A DNA stretch of 64,000 bases from an uncultured Pseudomonadales bacterium (GCA_964618725.1 CAZUBK010000001.1:2079-66078); one strand, 5' to 3'; positions 35,735-45,455 are shown, numbered from the stretch's first letter. Program-made: numbers and translations. Notes: generated from the letters alone by a model not told the origin.

Positions 35735-37570
35735 ATGCGACGCTTTCTATTGGAATTGAGTTTAGGTATTTGTTTAGTGATTGTTTCTTGGGGACGGGCT
35801 CTGGCTAATGCTGAGTTTACGACTAGTTACAATACGACATACAGAGTAAATAGTAGTGGTGTGACAAGAATCGAGTTGTCAGTGGGACTGCGGAACAAGT
35901 TGAGTAACATTTATGCCGATAAATTCTCGCTGTCGGTTGGTTACACAGATTTAAAGAACATTCGGGTTAGTGATGCGAAGGGGACGTTAGCGCCTGTTAT
36001 TGAGGCGACTCAGAATCAGACGACAATTAGTTTTCAGTTTATGGATCGGGTGGTGGGAAAAGATAAAATAAATAATTTTTTTGTTAGTTTCGATACTGAT
36101 GATGTGGCAACCAAAAACGGTTCGGTTTGGGAGGTGAATATTCCACCCCTTGAGGCAGGTAGAGAGATGGAAGGGTATTTGATAACTTTGGAGATACCAA
36201 CTGCTTGGGGGGAGCCGGCGTTTGTGACACCTGGACCAACTCAAGCCTATGTATTGCCGAATAATTTGCGTCGGTTTGTATTTGATGGAAAGCAGTTAGG
36301 AAACAAACCTGTTTCAGCGGTATTTGGACGAACTCAGTTTATCAAGTTTGATTTGAAATATAACTTAGAAAATTTGGCACCTGTTAAAGCGGAAACGGTG
36401 ATTGCTTTGCCACCAAATACGAACTATCAAGAGCTTTTGTATGAATCAATAAACCCCCTGCCTCAGCGGGTAATGACTGATGGTGATGGTAATTGGCTGG
36501 CCTATTTTAAATTGAACCCGGGGGAGAAAAAGACTGTCGAAGCTCTTGGGATAGCAAAACTAAACTTCGTTCCAGGAAGTTCACCTTTGTCGGCTGAGGA
36601 AGCAAAGAAATACTTGCTACCGACAACGCTGTGGCAGACGGAGAATGAAGAAATAAAGAGGTTGGCAGGGGGTTTGAAAACGCCTAAGGCAATTTTTGAT
36701 TATGTAACAGACAAGTTAAGTTATGACTATACAAAACTGGAATCAGGACCAAAACGACTGGGAGCGGTGGAGGCGCTAGTGAATCCCTTAGATGCCATCT
36801 GTACAGAATTTACCGATCTATTTGTAGCCATTGCCAGGGCGGCTGGAATTCCGGCTCGTGAACTGGAAGGATTTGCTTTCACAAATAACGAGAAATTGCG
36901 TCCATTAGGTTTGGCAACTGATGTCTTACATGCCTGGCCGGAGTATTACTCTTACGAGAAACAAAGGTGGATTCAAATTGATCCAACTTGGACGGTGACC
37001 ACGGGTGGAATTGATTACTTTACCAAGTTGGATCTTAACCATATGGTATTTGTAATACATGGCAGAGATCCTGTTAGGCCATTGCCGGCGGGAGCATACA
37101 AGTTGGCAGGAGATAATCAAAAGAATGTCAAGATGGAACCGATTGGAGAAATTGTGTTTCCGGGACAAGAGTTGGATTTTGAATTAAGGATGAATCGATG
37201 GGGTGGGAAAGCGATGCTCATAATAAGAAATGTGGGTAAGGTAGCGAGTGCCCCCAGTTTAGTGGTAAGTACTGTGCCATCCGATATAATTGATTATCAG
37301 ACTCGGCTAGAGACTCTCCCACCTGGAGGTGAGGTGGAGATACTATTGCCACTTAGACCAAACAGTGGCTTGGGTTGGTCACGAGCAGAGTTAATACTAA
37401 ATTATGCCAATGAAGAAAAAAGATTCAAATTTGGTTATCGAAGAAAAATTCCCACTCCGTTTGCCTTGGCAGGGGGTATCGGATTTGGCGGAGTTGTTTT
37501 CATTGCTACCTTTACGGCCCGTCGTATATATCTTCGAAGACGAAGAAAAGCGTCCACTGTATATTGGTAA
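35735..37570 (+). CDS. Secreted/membrane-anchored transglutaminase-like cysteine-protease-fold protein
   Basis: Signal peptide. The TGc core is CTEFTDLFVAIARAAGIPARELEGF with HAWPEYY and a downstream Asp. There is a C-terminal TM helix plus an RRRRK stop-transfer. Confidence 0.6.
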   Translation: MRRFLLELSLGICLVIVSWGRALANAEFTTSYNTTYRVNSSGVTRIELSVGLRNKLSNIYADKFSLSVGYTDLKNIRVSDAKGTLAPVIEATQNQTTISFQFMDRVVGKDKINNFFVSFDTDDVATKNGSVWEVNIPPLEAGREMEGYLITLEIPTAWGEPAFVTPGPTQAYVLPNNLRRFVFDGKQLGNKPVSAVFGRTQFIKFDLKYNLENLAPVKAETVIALPPNTNYQELLYESINPLPQRVMTDGDGNWLAYFKLNPGEKKTVEALGIAKLNFVPGSSPLSAEEAKKYLLPTTLWQTENEEIKRLAGGLKTPKAIFDYVTDKLSYDYTKLESGPKRLGAVEALVNPLDAICTEFTDLFVAIARAAGIPARELEGFAFTNNEKLRPLGLATDVLHAWPEYYSYEKQRWIQIDPTWTVTTGGIDYFTKLDLNHMVFVIHGRDPVRPLPAGAYKLAGDNQKNVKMEPIGEIVFPGQELDFELRMNRWGGKAMLIIRNVGKVASAPSLVVSTVPSDIIDYQTRLETLPPGGEVEILLPLRPNSGLGWSRAELILNYANEEKRFKFGYRRKIPTPFALAGGIGFGGVVFIATFTARRIYLRRRRKASTVYW

Positions 37571-38738
37571 GACGATTCATCCGGTAACAAGAATAAGGCA
37601 GCATGTGAAGAATGCTTTGCTAAAACTTAATCAGGCAGAATACTTTGTCTTTGGGGCAAAATGGCTTAAAGTTGTCTCAGTTAACTCAGAACTTGAATCT
37701 ATTCTCTTGGAAGCAAGGCTGATTCGGTTGTATCAGCCAAAATATAACCTGATGCAGAAAGATGATAAATCCGAGCTATACGTTGTTGTTTCAAAGTCAG
37801 AGTATCCTGAAATCACGTTGATTAGAGGGAGTGACCTAACTGGGAAGGAGAAGGTCTATGGGCCGTTTATGTCAGCTAAGTCCGCGGAGCAAATAATGAG
37901 GATAGCGCGGCGGGTGTTTCGTATATGTAGTAATCCTCCTAAAAGGGGGAAAAGGAACCGGGCCTGCTTTTATTATCATATAAGACTATGTGATGGTGTA
38001 TGTATTGGGAAGGTAGAAAAGCGAACTTATCGGAAACGTATAGGGTATCTCAAGAAGTTCCTGGGTGGCCAAGTAAGACAATTGCTTAAAGAATTACTGA
38101 GAGAGATAAGGGAGGCCGCGCAAAAAAAGGATTTCGAGTTGGCTTCGAAGAAGCGAGATTTGTATGAAGCTTTATATCACGTCGTATTTATGAACACAGG
38201 GCTGTCATCATATTTGAGTTCTCCAACGGAGAATCAAGTTAAGTCGCTTAGAAATCTCTTGATACTGGAGGGAATTGAGACGTCACTTGAGAGAATTGAG
38301 GCATATGATATCGCGACCTTGCAACAGAAGGACACGGTTGGCTCAATGGTAGTATTTTATTTGGGTTCACCGCAAAAGAGCCAGTATCGTAAATTTCGAA
38401 TTAGGGGGCTAACGGGAGGGGATCCGACGGCGATGGCAGAGATGCTTAGACGAAGATTTAGACACAGCGAGTGGGAGCTACCGAGTTTAGTTTTGTTGGA
38501 TGGAGGGGTGCCACAGCTATCAGTGGCGGGGAGTGAGATACCAGAGGAGATTCCCAGGATTGGTTTGGCAAAGAAGGAGGAGATTGTGATTGTCCCTAAG
38601 ATCAATGGCGGATACAAAATGATTGAGCTAAGTAAAAGGCAACCAGCACTCAAATTGTTGCAAAATATTCGAGACGAGGCACATCGATTTGCGACCACCT
38701 ATCACAAGAAGGTGAGAGACAGAAGGAGACTAGAGTGA
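37404..38738 (+). CDS. uvrC: Excinuclease ABC subunit C, short form lacking the C-terminal (HhH)2 domain
   Basis: GIY-YIG domain (VVYIFEDEEKRPLYIGKT ... RLYQPKYN), UVR domain (ELLREIREAAQKKDFELASKKRD) and the UvrC RNase H-like endonuclease domain. The 5' end overlaps the transglutaminase gene out of frame. Confidence 0.7.
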   Translation: MPMKKKDSNLVIEEKFPLRLPWQGVSDLAELFSLLPLRPVVYIFEDEEKRPLYIGKTIHPVTRIRQHVKNALLKLNQAEYFVFGAKWLKVVSVNSELESILLEARLIRLYQPKYNLMQKDDKSELYVVVSKSEYPEITLIRGSDLTGKEKVYGPFMSAKSAEQIMRIARRVFRICSNPPKRGKRNRACFYYHIRLCDGVCIGKVEKRTYRKRIGYLKKFLGGQVRQLLKELLREIREAAQKKDFELASKKRDLYEALYHVVFMNTGLSSYLSSPTENQVKSLRNLLILEGIETSLERIEAYDIATLQQKDTVGSMVVFYLGSPQKSQYRKFRIRGLTGGDPTAMAEMLRRRFRHSEWELPSLVLLDGGVPQLSVAGSEIPEEIPRIGLAKKEEIVIVPKINGGYKMIELSKRQPALKLLQNIRDEAHRFATTYHKKVRDRRRLE

Positions 38739-38762
38739 AGAAAGTGGTAGATTTAACATAAG

Positions 38763-39167
38763 ATGAAAACTATCTTACGTTCTATATTTCTTAACATGAT
38801 TGTTTTGTACCTGGCGATCAGGATTTTTCCTGGTCTTGCCTATGATGGAACACTAAGAACACTTTTTTTGGCGACATTGGCGTTGACGCTACTTAACAAA
38901 ACAGCTAAGCCATTAGTCAAGTTATTGTTACTGCCGATTAATTTGATTACATTGGGAGTGTTTGGCTGGGTGGCCAATGTAGCAACTCTGTTTATTTTGA
39001 CGCGCTTGGTGGCGGGCTTTGCGATAATTAGTTTTTACTTTGAGGGAATAAGTTACCAGGGCTTTATTGTTCCGGCGATGCAAATCTCTTTACTGATGTC
39101 GTTTTTTTTGGCATCGGTAACAATTTCGTTGGTTGCGAGTCTAGTCTCTTGGCTCTTAAAGAAATGA
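38763..39167 (+). CDS. DUF360/YvlD-like four-TM membrane protein (phage-holin-4_2 superfamily)
   Basis: 134 aa with four hydrophobic helices. The pattern LVKLLLLPINLITLGVFGWVANVATLFIL matches YvlD/DUF360. Confidence 0.55.
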   Translation: MKTILRSIFLNMIVLYLAIRIFPGLAYDGTLRTLFLATLALTLLNKTAKPLVKLLLLPINLITLGVFGWVANVATLFILTRLVAGFAIISFYFEGISYQGFIVPAMQISLLMSFFLASVTISLVASLVSWLLKK

Positions 39168-39179
39168 AAATGGTAGAAT

Positions 39180-39389
39180 GTGATTATGTTTTTGCTTATA
39201 GCTCAAGTAGTGGTGGCGCTGTTTTTGGTTGTCTTGGTACTTTTGCAGTCCCAGAATGCAGGTTTGGGTAAGGCTTTTGGCGGAATGCAATATCGTTCAA
39301 AAAAAGGTGTTGAAAAAAGCTTTTTTGTGCTAACAATAGCTTTAGCTGTACTATTTGCAGGAGTATCTTTGATGAATACGTTGTTATAA
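39180..39389 (+). CDS. secG: Preprotein translocase subunit SecG
   Basis: 69 aa with VVALFLVVLVLLQSQNAGLGKAFGG, which matches the SecG consensus. Confidence 0.6.
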   Translation: MIMFLLIAQVVVALFLVVLVLLQSQNAGLGKAFGGMQYRSKKGVEKSFFVLTIALAVLFAGVSLMNTLL

Positions 39390-39390
39390 A

Positions 39391-40725
39391 ATGAGTGTTC
39401 TAAGACAGGCTTATTGGTTTGTTCAGGGATTTATTGCTAAGTACAAGAAGACGATTCTAAGTAGTTTTTTATTGGCGGTGGGAGTGGCGGTACTTTTCTT
39501 TTTGCTATTACCCAAATTGCCCCGGCCTAAACGTCATTTGTATGTCGGGATTGTCGGCAAACACACTTTGTCACAGATACCGGTCGAGATTGAGAGAAAA
39601 TTGGGAATAGGGTTAACTAAAACAGGAGAGAATCTACAGCCTGAACCCGGATTGGCCAGTCGGTTTGAGATTCTGGATGAAGGGAGGATTTATCGATTTT
39701 ACTTACGCGACAGCCTGAAGTGGTCTGATGGTCAGGAGATGAGGTTGGCCGATCTTGAGTTTGTGATTCCGGGTGTTGAGATGATGAAGATAGAGCCAAA
39801 TACCATAGAGTTTAGGTTGCCAGAAGCCTTTGCGCCGTTTCCAAGTGTTTTGAGTAAGCCGGTGGTAAACGGAACTCGGACAAGCGGGGAGTATGAGATT
39901 AAGAATATCCAGGCGGCTGGTCCATATATAGATTTAGTTGAGTTAGAGTCGGAGAGAGAAAAACTTTCATATCGCTTCTATGATTCTAGTTCGCAAGCAG
40001 AGCTAGCATTTAAACTGGGACAGATCGATGTATTGTCGGAATTACTCGCCCGACCAGTTGAGGCTGATTGGCCGAACGTGGAATTGAAAGAGATACTGAG
40101 AACAGATCTGTTTGTAGCGGTGTTTTACAACACGAGTAATTCTTTGTTGGCAGACAAGAGTTTAAGACAGGGACTTTCGTATGCGATAAAAGATAAGGAA
40201 ATAGGACAATTAAGGGCGCTATCTTCATATGACCCTAAGTCTTGGGTGTACAACAAGACGGTGAAAGCATATGACTATAGTGAAGCTCGGGCAAAGGAGT
40301 TGGTACAAAAAGCGCAACCAAATGGACAAGAGACAATAGAGTTGGCAACTACACCAGAACTTTTGTTTGTTGCCGAGAGAATTAAGAGTGACTGGGAGAA
40401 AGTGGGGATCAAAGTAGAAATAAGGGTGGTTTCTTCACAGCCGGAGAGTTTTCAGGCAATCGTGAAGATGGTGAACATACCGGCTGATCCGGATCAATAT
40501 TCGTATTGGCATTCGACGCAGAATACCAATTTTACTCGACTACAGAATGCCAAGGTGGATAAGCTACTTGAGGACGGAAGACTTTCCATGAGACTTGAAG
40601 AACGAAGAGCAATTTATCATGATTTGCAACGCTTTTTAGTCGAGGAAGCACCGGCAACATTCTTGTACCATCCGACGATGTATACAATAACGCGCAAGAG
40701 TAAAATTGAAGGTGGAGTAAATTGA
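39391..40725 (+). CDS. Solute-binding protein family 5-like (peptide/nickel ABC substrate-binding fold) with an N-terminal membrane anchor
   Basis: N-terminal TM helix. The C-terminal FLYHPTMYTITRK is characteristic of SBP_bac_5 proteins. No adjacent permease genes are present. Confidence 0.45.
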   Translation: MSVLRQAYWFVQGFIAKYKKTILSSFLLAVGVAVLFFLLLPKLPRPKRHLYVGIVGKHTLSQIPVEIERKLGIGLTKTGENLQPEPGLASRFEILDEGRIYRFYLRDSLKWSDGQEMRLADLEFVIPGVEMMKIEPNTIEFRLPEAFAPFPSVLSKPVVNGTRTSGEYEIKNIQAAGPYIDLVELESEREKLSYRFYDSSSQAELAFKLGQIDVLSELLARPVEADWPNVELKEILRTDLFVAVFYNTSNSLLADKSLRQGLSYAIKDKEIGQLRALSSYDPKSWVYNKTVKAYDYSEARAKELVQKAQPNGQETIELATTPELLFVAERIKSDWEKVGIKVEIRVVSSQPESFQAIVKMVNIPADPDQYSYWHSTQNTNFTRLQNAKVDKLLEDGRLSMRLEERRAIYHDLQRFLVEEAPATFLYHPTMYTITRKSKIEGGVN

Positions 40726-40737
40726 GGATGAATATAA

Positions 40738-41181
40738 CTAGGTACGGAATTTGTTGGAGCGTTTGACGACCTTGGCAACGTAGACAATCTCGTGAACTTG
40801 GCCAGAATCGTCCTCAATTTGATTGGTGGCTGCGTTTTGGACGTATTGTTGGAGATAAACAGAGAGAGTATCCTGGAGGTGTTTGAGTTCTCCTTTGATC
40901 TCTTTGACTTTGTCGTTAATAGAGGCAGTTTCAGTAGTACTAAGTAAATCTTTCTTAATTTGATTTTTCTTGCCATTGACTTCTTTGACTTCAACAAGAG
41001 CTTGTTTGTATTCGGGGCTATGTTCCAAGATGTTATCGAGCATCTCTTTGTGTTTGTTGTAGGTTTCTTTATGACGTTCGATTTTCGAGAGATAACTCAA
41101 AATTAGACCTTCTAGATTGACTAGGTCTTGTGCAGACAGGGGCTTACTTAGGTCTATCGTTGTGTCATTACTTTGATCCAT
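40738..41181 (-). CDS. Hypothetical coiled-coil protein
   Basis: 147 aa, charged and helical. It sits in a low-GC islet next to the AbiEii gene. Confidence 0.3.
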   Translation of the reverse strand: MDQSNDTTIDLSKPLSAQDLVNLEGLILSYLSKIERHKETYNKHKEMLDNILEHSPEYKQALVEVKEVNGKKNQIKKDLLSTTETASINDKVKEIKGELKHLQDTLSVYLQQYVQNAATNQIEDDSGQVHEIVYVAKVVKRSNKFRT

Positions 41182-41247
41182 GCCGGTTAAATATATCGGA
41201 GATTAGTCAACTTAAGCAAGGGTTGATTTACATTTTGTAACGTGAAG

Positions 41248-41913
41248 TTATGAAAAGATTTGCTTATTGAGGTTCTTGGCTTCGTCTAGGAAAAAGGATT
41301 GCCAGTCTGCTTCTTTAAGCTCTATGGTGAGATTAGGATAATCTTTAAGTTCAATACTTTGGAAAAATTGAGTTCCTAGTTGTAGAGGATCAATATGCCA
41401 ATCAAATTTTGTTCTTGCCTGTTGGACTATTTGTTGAATTGTCCAATTGTACTTTTGACAAAGCATATAAAGATCCATGAAGTCACGACTGCGAGGTTTT
41501 TGATAAATGGTAAATAACTTGTTAGTGGCAATATCTAGAGGAGAATCGATCTGTGTTTTTTGATAGAAATTAGATTTGTCTATTTGAGGAAAGGGGAAGT
41601 AAGTAAATTCTGTTTTAAGTATGGAATTTTCAAATCTCAAAAAAATTAGGTTACGATTAAAGCTAGAATTGATATCTAGTTGCTTGTAGTTGAGTTTATT
41701 TTTGATAGATTTCAGGAAAGTTATGACATATGGAAGCTCTACTTCTTGTTCTGAGAAGAAGTCGAGATCCTCGGACATACGATAAGGGATATAGAAGCCA
41801 GCTAAGGCAGTGCCTCCGGAGAGATAGAAATCTTTAACTAAGTTTGAGGCAGAAAAGAGATTTAGGAAATCTGCTTGAGTCTTGGTTATTATAGAAGTAG
41901 GATGAAGTTTCAT
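41248..41913 (-). CDS. AbiEii/DUF1814-family nucleotidyltransferase (type IV toxin / abortive-infection family)
   Basis: FYLSGGTALAGFYIPYRMSEDLDFF matches the AbiEii signature (GGTAL ... R.S.DlDff). The local GC is low, about 33%. Confidence 0.6.
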   Translation of the reverse strand: MKLHPTSIITKTQADFLNLFSASNLVKDFYLSGGTALAGFYIPYRMSEDLDFFSEQEVELPYVITFLKSIKNKLNYKQLDINSSFNRNLIFLRFENSILKTEFTYFPFPQIDKSNFYQKTQIDSPLDIATNKLFTIYQKPRSRDFMDLYMLCQKYNWTIQQIVQQARTKFDWHIDPLQLGTQFFQSIELKDYPNLTIELKEADWQSFFLDEAKNLNKQIFS

Positions 41914-42104
41914 TAATTTAGTAAAAATTTAAGAAAGCTTCTTTTTTTCTGATCTAGATTAAGTTTTGAAAGATTTTTTTTAAGGGACACCTTGTTAAGC
42001 TTCTCATTATTGAGGCCAAAATTGATTAGATTCTCAAGTCTCCAAAGATTATACTGCTCTTTGTTTTGACGTAGTTTATTCGTGTTGGTTGACCAGTTGT
42101 ACAT
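41913..42104 (-). CDS. Small upstream partner ORF (63 aa), a possible cognate antitoxin or regulator
   Basis: Its TAA stop overlaps the AbiEii ATG by 1 nt (TAATG), which suggests translational coupling. It has no recognisable HTH, so this is speculative. Confidence 0.3.
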   Translation of the reverse strand: MYNWSTNTNKLRQNKEQYNLWRLENLINFGLNNEKLNKVSLKKNLSKLNLDQKKRSFLKFLLN

Positions 42105-42196
42105 AGGTTAATTATATCATTGGTAGATTTTTTTCAGATATCATCTGGCTTTAATGTTATAATCCTATAAACGTACTTTAATAGGGAGGGTGTTTG

Positions 42197-43045
42197 ATGA
42201 AACGTAAGTTGATAGTCATTGCTGCTGTGCTTTTTTTGCTTGGATTATTTTTCTTTCAGGGTAAAAAAATTGCTTCGGTTGTCGCTCCGCCATTATTGTC
42301 TTTAGTTAAGTCAGACTGTCAATTTCCGGAGGGATTTGAGATCGTCTATGTTGGCTTTGAACCGAAACCTTGGTTGATTGAGGCGACTAGATGTGACCTG
42401 AAAGAAACCGTTGAGTTATTGAAAGGCATAGGCTATACCCAATGGCCAGAGAGGGTCGTCATAGGCATCTATTCCCCAATTGAATTCCAAAAGTCGAATC
42501 ATGGTGTGATAGCAGGAAAAACCTTACAATCTGATGAAGAGTTAGGTTTGGTAGTAATGCAAAGCGGTGCGGGGTGGGATGTTCCTTCGATCAAAATGCG
42601 GCGATATATTATGGCACATGAGTTGACTCATATTGTTCAGGGAGTCAGATCTTGTGGCTTTAGAGATTATGGACGACTGACAAGGGCGATTAATGAAGGT
42701 GAAGCGGTAATGGTCAGTCAGGGTTTACCTGGCACCTTAAGTTCAGATGAGGTCTGGTTGGATAAAATGATGAGTGGTACCACCATCTCTAATTCAGAGA
42801 TAGCAATAGCGATATCTGATGAAGATATGGACTACTTAAGTCTGCAAGGATTGAGATACAGTTTTTATAATTTGTTTGCCAGATATCTTCTTGAGCAGAC
42901 CCCTGGTGGTAAGAAATGGGGAAGGAATGCCTTTTATCTTTATGACTCAGGGCGATGTTCTTTTAACGATGCATCAGCCTTTACCTTCGCCTTTAAAGTC
43001 AGTCCGGAAGATGCACTGAATGGTCTAGCTGGATTCAGAGAATAG
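42197..43045 (+). CDS. Secreted DUF4157-like zincin metallopeptidase-domain protein
   Basis: N-terminal hydrophobic signal or anchor. The motif AHELTHIVQG is characteristic of DUF4157 (HExxH-type). The RBS AGGGAGGG precedes the ATG at 42197; the table ORF starts at a TTG at 42194. Confidence 0.45.
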   Translation: MKRKLIVIAAVLFLLGLFFFQGKKIASVVAPPLLSLVKSDCQFPEGFEIVYVGFEPKPWLIEATRCDLKETVELLKGIGYTQWPERVVIGIYSPIEFQKSNHGVIAGKTLQSDEELGLVVMQSGAGWDVPSIKMRRYIMAHELTHIVQGVRSCGFRDYGRLTRAINEGEAVMVSQGLPGTLSSDEVWLDKMMSGTTISNSEIAIAISDEDMDYLSLQGLRYSFYNLFARYLLEQTPGGKKWGRNAFYLYDSGRCSFNDASAFTFAFKVSPEDALNGLAGFRE

Positions 43046-43056
43046 TTTGATTGAAA

Positions 43057-43081
43057 AACCACCCGGTGACGGGTGGTTTTT
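43057..43081. terminator. Bidirectional rho-independent terminator between convergent genes
   Basis: AAAAACCACCCGGTGACGGGTGGTTTTT: a 7-bp GC-rich stem flanked by an A run and a T run. Confidence 0.5.
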
Positions 43082-43088
43082 GTGTGTC

Positions 43089-43451
43089 TTAGTAGATGAA
43101 GGCGAAGTATACGCCAGTAAAGAAGCAGACTCCCAATGCTAACAAAATCATCAGAGTGATGATGGGAAATTTGATTGGAGGATCTTCGCGCCTATCGGTT
43201 TGATCATTGGTTTCAAGAGAATGTTCGACGTAAGATTCACCGACGGATATGTGGGAATAGAAATCTTGTGTGACTTGGATGTCACGCCCGTCTTCGAGCT
43301 GCAGATGATAGATCGTTTCTTGTGAGAAAGGTAGGTCAAAAAGTATCAGGTCCATAAGCCAGTCGCCGTCGGTCGTGTACTTTCGTACTATCTTGGTCTT
43401 TGTTATGATCATGTATTCCTCCCTAAGGATCGCTTTTAACGAATAGGTCAA
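43089..43451 (-). CDS. Hypothetical protein with a C-terminal TM helix
   Basis: 120 aa with the C-terminal hydrophobic segment ITLMILLALGVCFFTGVYFAFIY. Confidence 0.3.
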   Translation of the reverse strand: MTYSLKAILREEYMIITKTKIVRKYTTDGDWLMDLILFDLPFSQETIYHLQLEDGRDIQVTQDFYSHISVGESYVEHSLETNDQTDRREDPPIKFPIITLMILLALGVCFFTGVYFAFIY

Positions 43452-43507
43452 GATCGATGATTGCCGAAATGATAAAAGTGCATGAATCCGCAGTTTACCT
43501 CCTAATA

Positions 43508-45322
43508 TTAGTTGTTGCGCTTGTGACGGCGGCGTTCGAGGTCAGAAAGGTACTTTTTGCGAAGACGCAGGCTGATTGGCGTTATCTCGAGCAGTTCATC
43601 TGGTTCAAGAAGGTCGAGGGACTGTTCGAGGCTTAGGTCAATTGGAGGAGCAAGTTGGATGATGCCATCAGAAGATTTACTTCTCATATTAGTAAGTTTT
43701 TTACCTTTACAAACATTGATTTCTAGATCTTCTTCGCGAGAGTTCTGACCAATGATCATGCCTTCATAGACCTTTGTTCCTGGCCCAATAAAGGTAACTC
43801 CTCGACCTTGGGCGGCTTCTAGGCCATATGCCAGGGCATCGCCGGTTTGCCCGGCAATTAATACGCCGGAACGAAGTTTGGGGAGGGGTTTACCTTGAAG
43901 CTCAAAACCCAAAAGCTGAGAACTAAAAAGAACGGTACCTTTTGTGGCAGTGAGGAGTAAACTTCTAAGACCAATAATGTTTCGAGTGGGCATATGATAA
44001 ATGAATTCGACTTCGTGGTCGGATATTGGCTCCATTTTGATAAGAGCGGCAAGACGCTTAAGAAGATGCTGGTTAATAGTGCCTTGGTACTCATTGAGGA
44101 CAACAATGCTTACTTCTTCGACTGGTTCGGTGACGACTCCATTGATCGTTTTAGTGATGACTTCAGGCTTGCCTACCTCCATCTCGAAACCTTCACGGCG
44201 CATAGTTTCGAGTAGGACGGCGAGATGGAGCTCCCCCCTACCAGAGAGCTTGTATTTACCGTTGTCGAGTTTTTCAACTCGAAGACTTAGATTGGTTTGG
44301 AGTTCACGCATTAGGCGATCTTCAAGTTGGCGGCTGGTTGAGTATTTACCTTCTTTGCCGGAAAAAGGAGCAGTATTGGCACCGAGAGTTAAGTGAAGGG
44401 TAGGTTCACCAATAGCTTGAGAATCAATCGCAGTAATGTCAGAGGAGTCGGTAAGGGTGTCGCCAATGTGCGCCTCAGAGATACCAGAGAGAATAACTAT
44501 GTCGCCGGCCTGTGCTTGATCAATTTCAAGACGTCCTAGACCTTCGGCGACCATGATTTTCTCGATACTGTAGCTTCTACTTGGGTCTTTGGCGATGACG
44601 ACTTTCTGATTTTGATTCAGAAGACCTTGATGGATTTTACCAACTAGTAGACGCCCAAGATGAGGATTGTGGTCAAGAGAGGAAACAAGCATTTTAAAAG
44701 GTAAATTGACTTCGTTTTGAGGAGCGGGAATATAGTCAATGATTGCTTCAAGAAGAGGAATGACGTTGCCTGGGGCATTTACATCAGTGGGGCGATCAGT
44801 AAAGACACTGCCGGTGCGACTCACAGCATAAAGAAAGGGGAAATTGAGTTGATCTTCAGTAGTGGCTAACTCGAGGAAAAGACTTTCAGTTTTACTGATG
44901 ACTTCATTAATGCGGGCAAAGGGTTTGTCTATCTTGTTGATGACGACAATGATTTTAAGACCTAAGTCGAGGGCCTTTTTGAGAACGAATCTGGTTTGAG
45001 GCATAGGACCCTCTTGGGCGTCGATGATAAGGAGTGTTCCATCGGCCATATTAAGAGTACGTTCAACTTCGCCGCTGAAATCAGCGTGGCCCGGAGTGTC
45101 GATGATGTTGATTTTGGTACCTTTGTACTCAATGGCGCAGTTTTTGGCCATGATAGTGATACCTCGTTCACGTTCGAGGTCATTACTGTCCAAGATGCGA
45201 TCTTGGGTCATTTCTTCTTGATTGTCACGAAAAACGTGAGTTTGTTTAAGAAGGGCGTCAACGAGAGTGGTTTTGCCATGGTCGACGTGGGCAATGACGG
45301 CAATATTTCTGATTTTATTCAT
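43508..45322 (-). CDS. typA: Translational GTPase TypA/BipA
   Basis: NIAVIAHVDHGKTTLVDALL, DTPGHADF and NKIDK G-motifs. The EF-G-like domain layout and length fit BipA. I used the ATG at 45322; the table ORF starts at an upstream TTG. Confidence 0.85.
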   Translation of the reverse strand: MNKIRNIAVIAHVDHGKTTLVDALLKQTHVFRDNQEEMTQDRILDSNDLERERGITIMAKNCAIEYKGTKINIIDTPGHADFSGEVERTLNMADGTLLIIDAQEGPMPQTRFVLKKALDLGLKIIVVINKIDKPFARINEVISKTESLFLELATTEDQLNFPFLYAVSRTGSVFTDRPTDVNAPGNVIPLLEAIIDYIPAPQNEVNLPFKMLVSSLDHNPHLGRLLVGKIHQGLLNQNQKVVIAKDPSRSYSIEKIMVAEGLGRLEIDQAQAGDIVILSGISEAHIGDTLTDSSDITAIDSQAIGEPTLHLTLGANTAPFSGKEGKYSTSRQLEDRLMRELQTNLSLRVEKLDNGKYKLSGRGELHLAVLLETMRREGFEMEVGKPEVITKTINGVVTEPVEEVSIVVLNEYQGTINQHLLKRLAALIKMEPISDHEVEFIYHMPTRNIIGLRSLLLTATKGTVLFSSQLLGFELQGKPLPKLRSGVLIAGQTGDALAYGLEAAQGRGVTFIGPGTKVYEGMIIGQNSREEDLEINVCKGKKLTNMRSKSSDGIIQLAPPIDLSLEQSLDLLEPDELLEITPISLRLRKKYLSDLERRRHKRNN

Positions 45323-45455
45323 ATTTGTTACAAAAAATCCCTTAAACAAATGGAATGACCTGTTGCCAGGTCACTAACTTGGTCATTGTAGCATGATTGA
45401 GGCAGCTTGTCTATATATTATGAGATTGATCTAGATTAGCTATGTAAGTGTCTCC

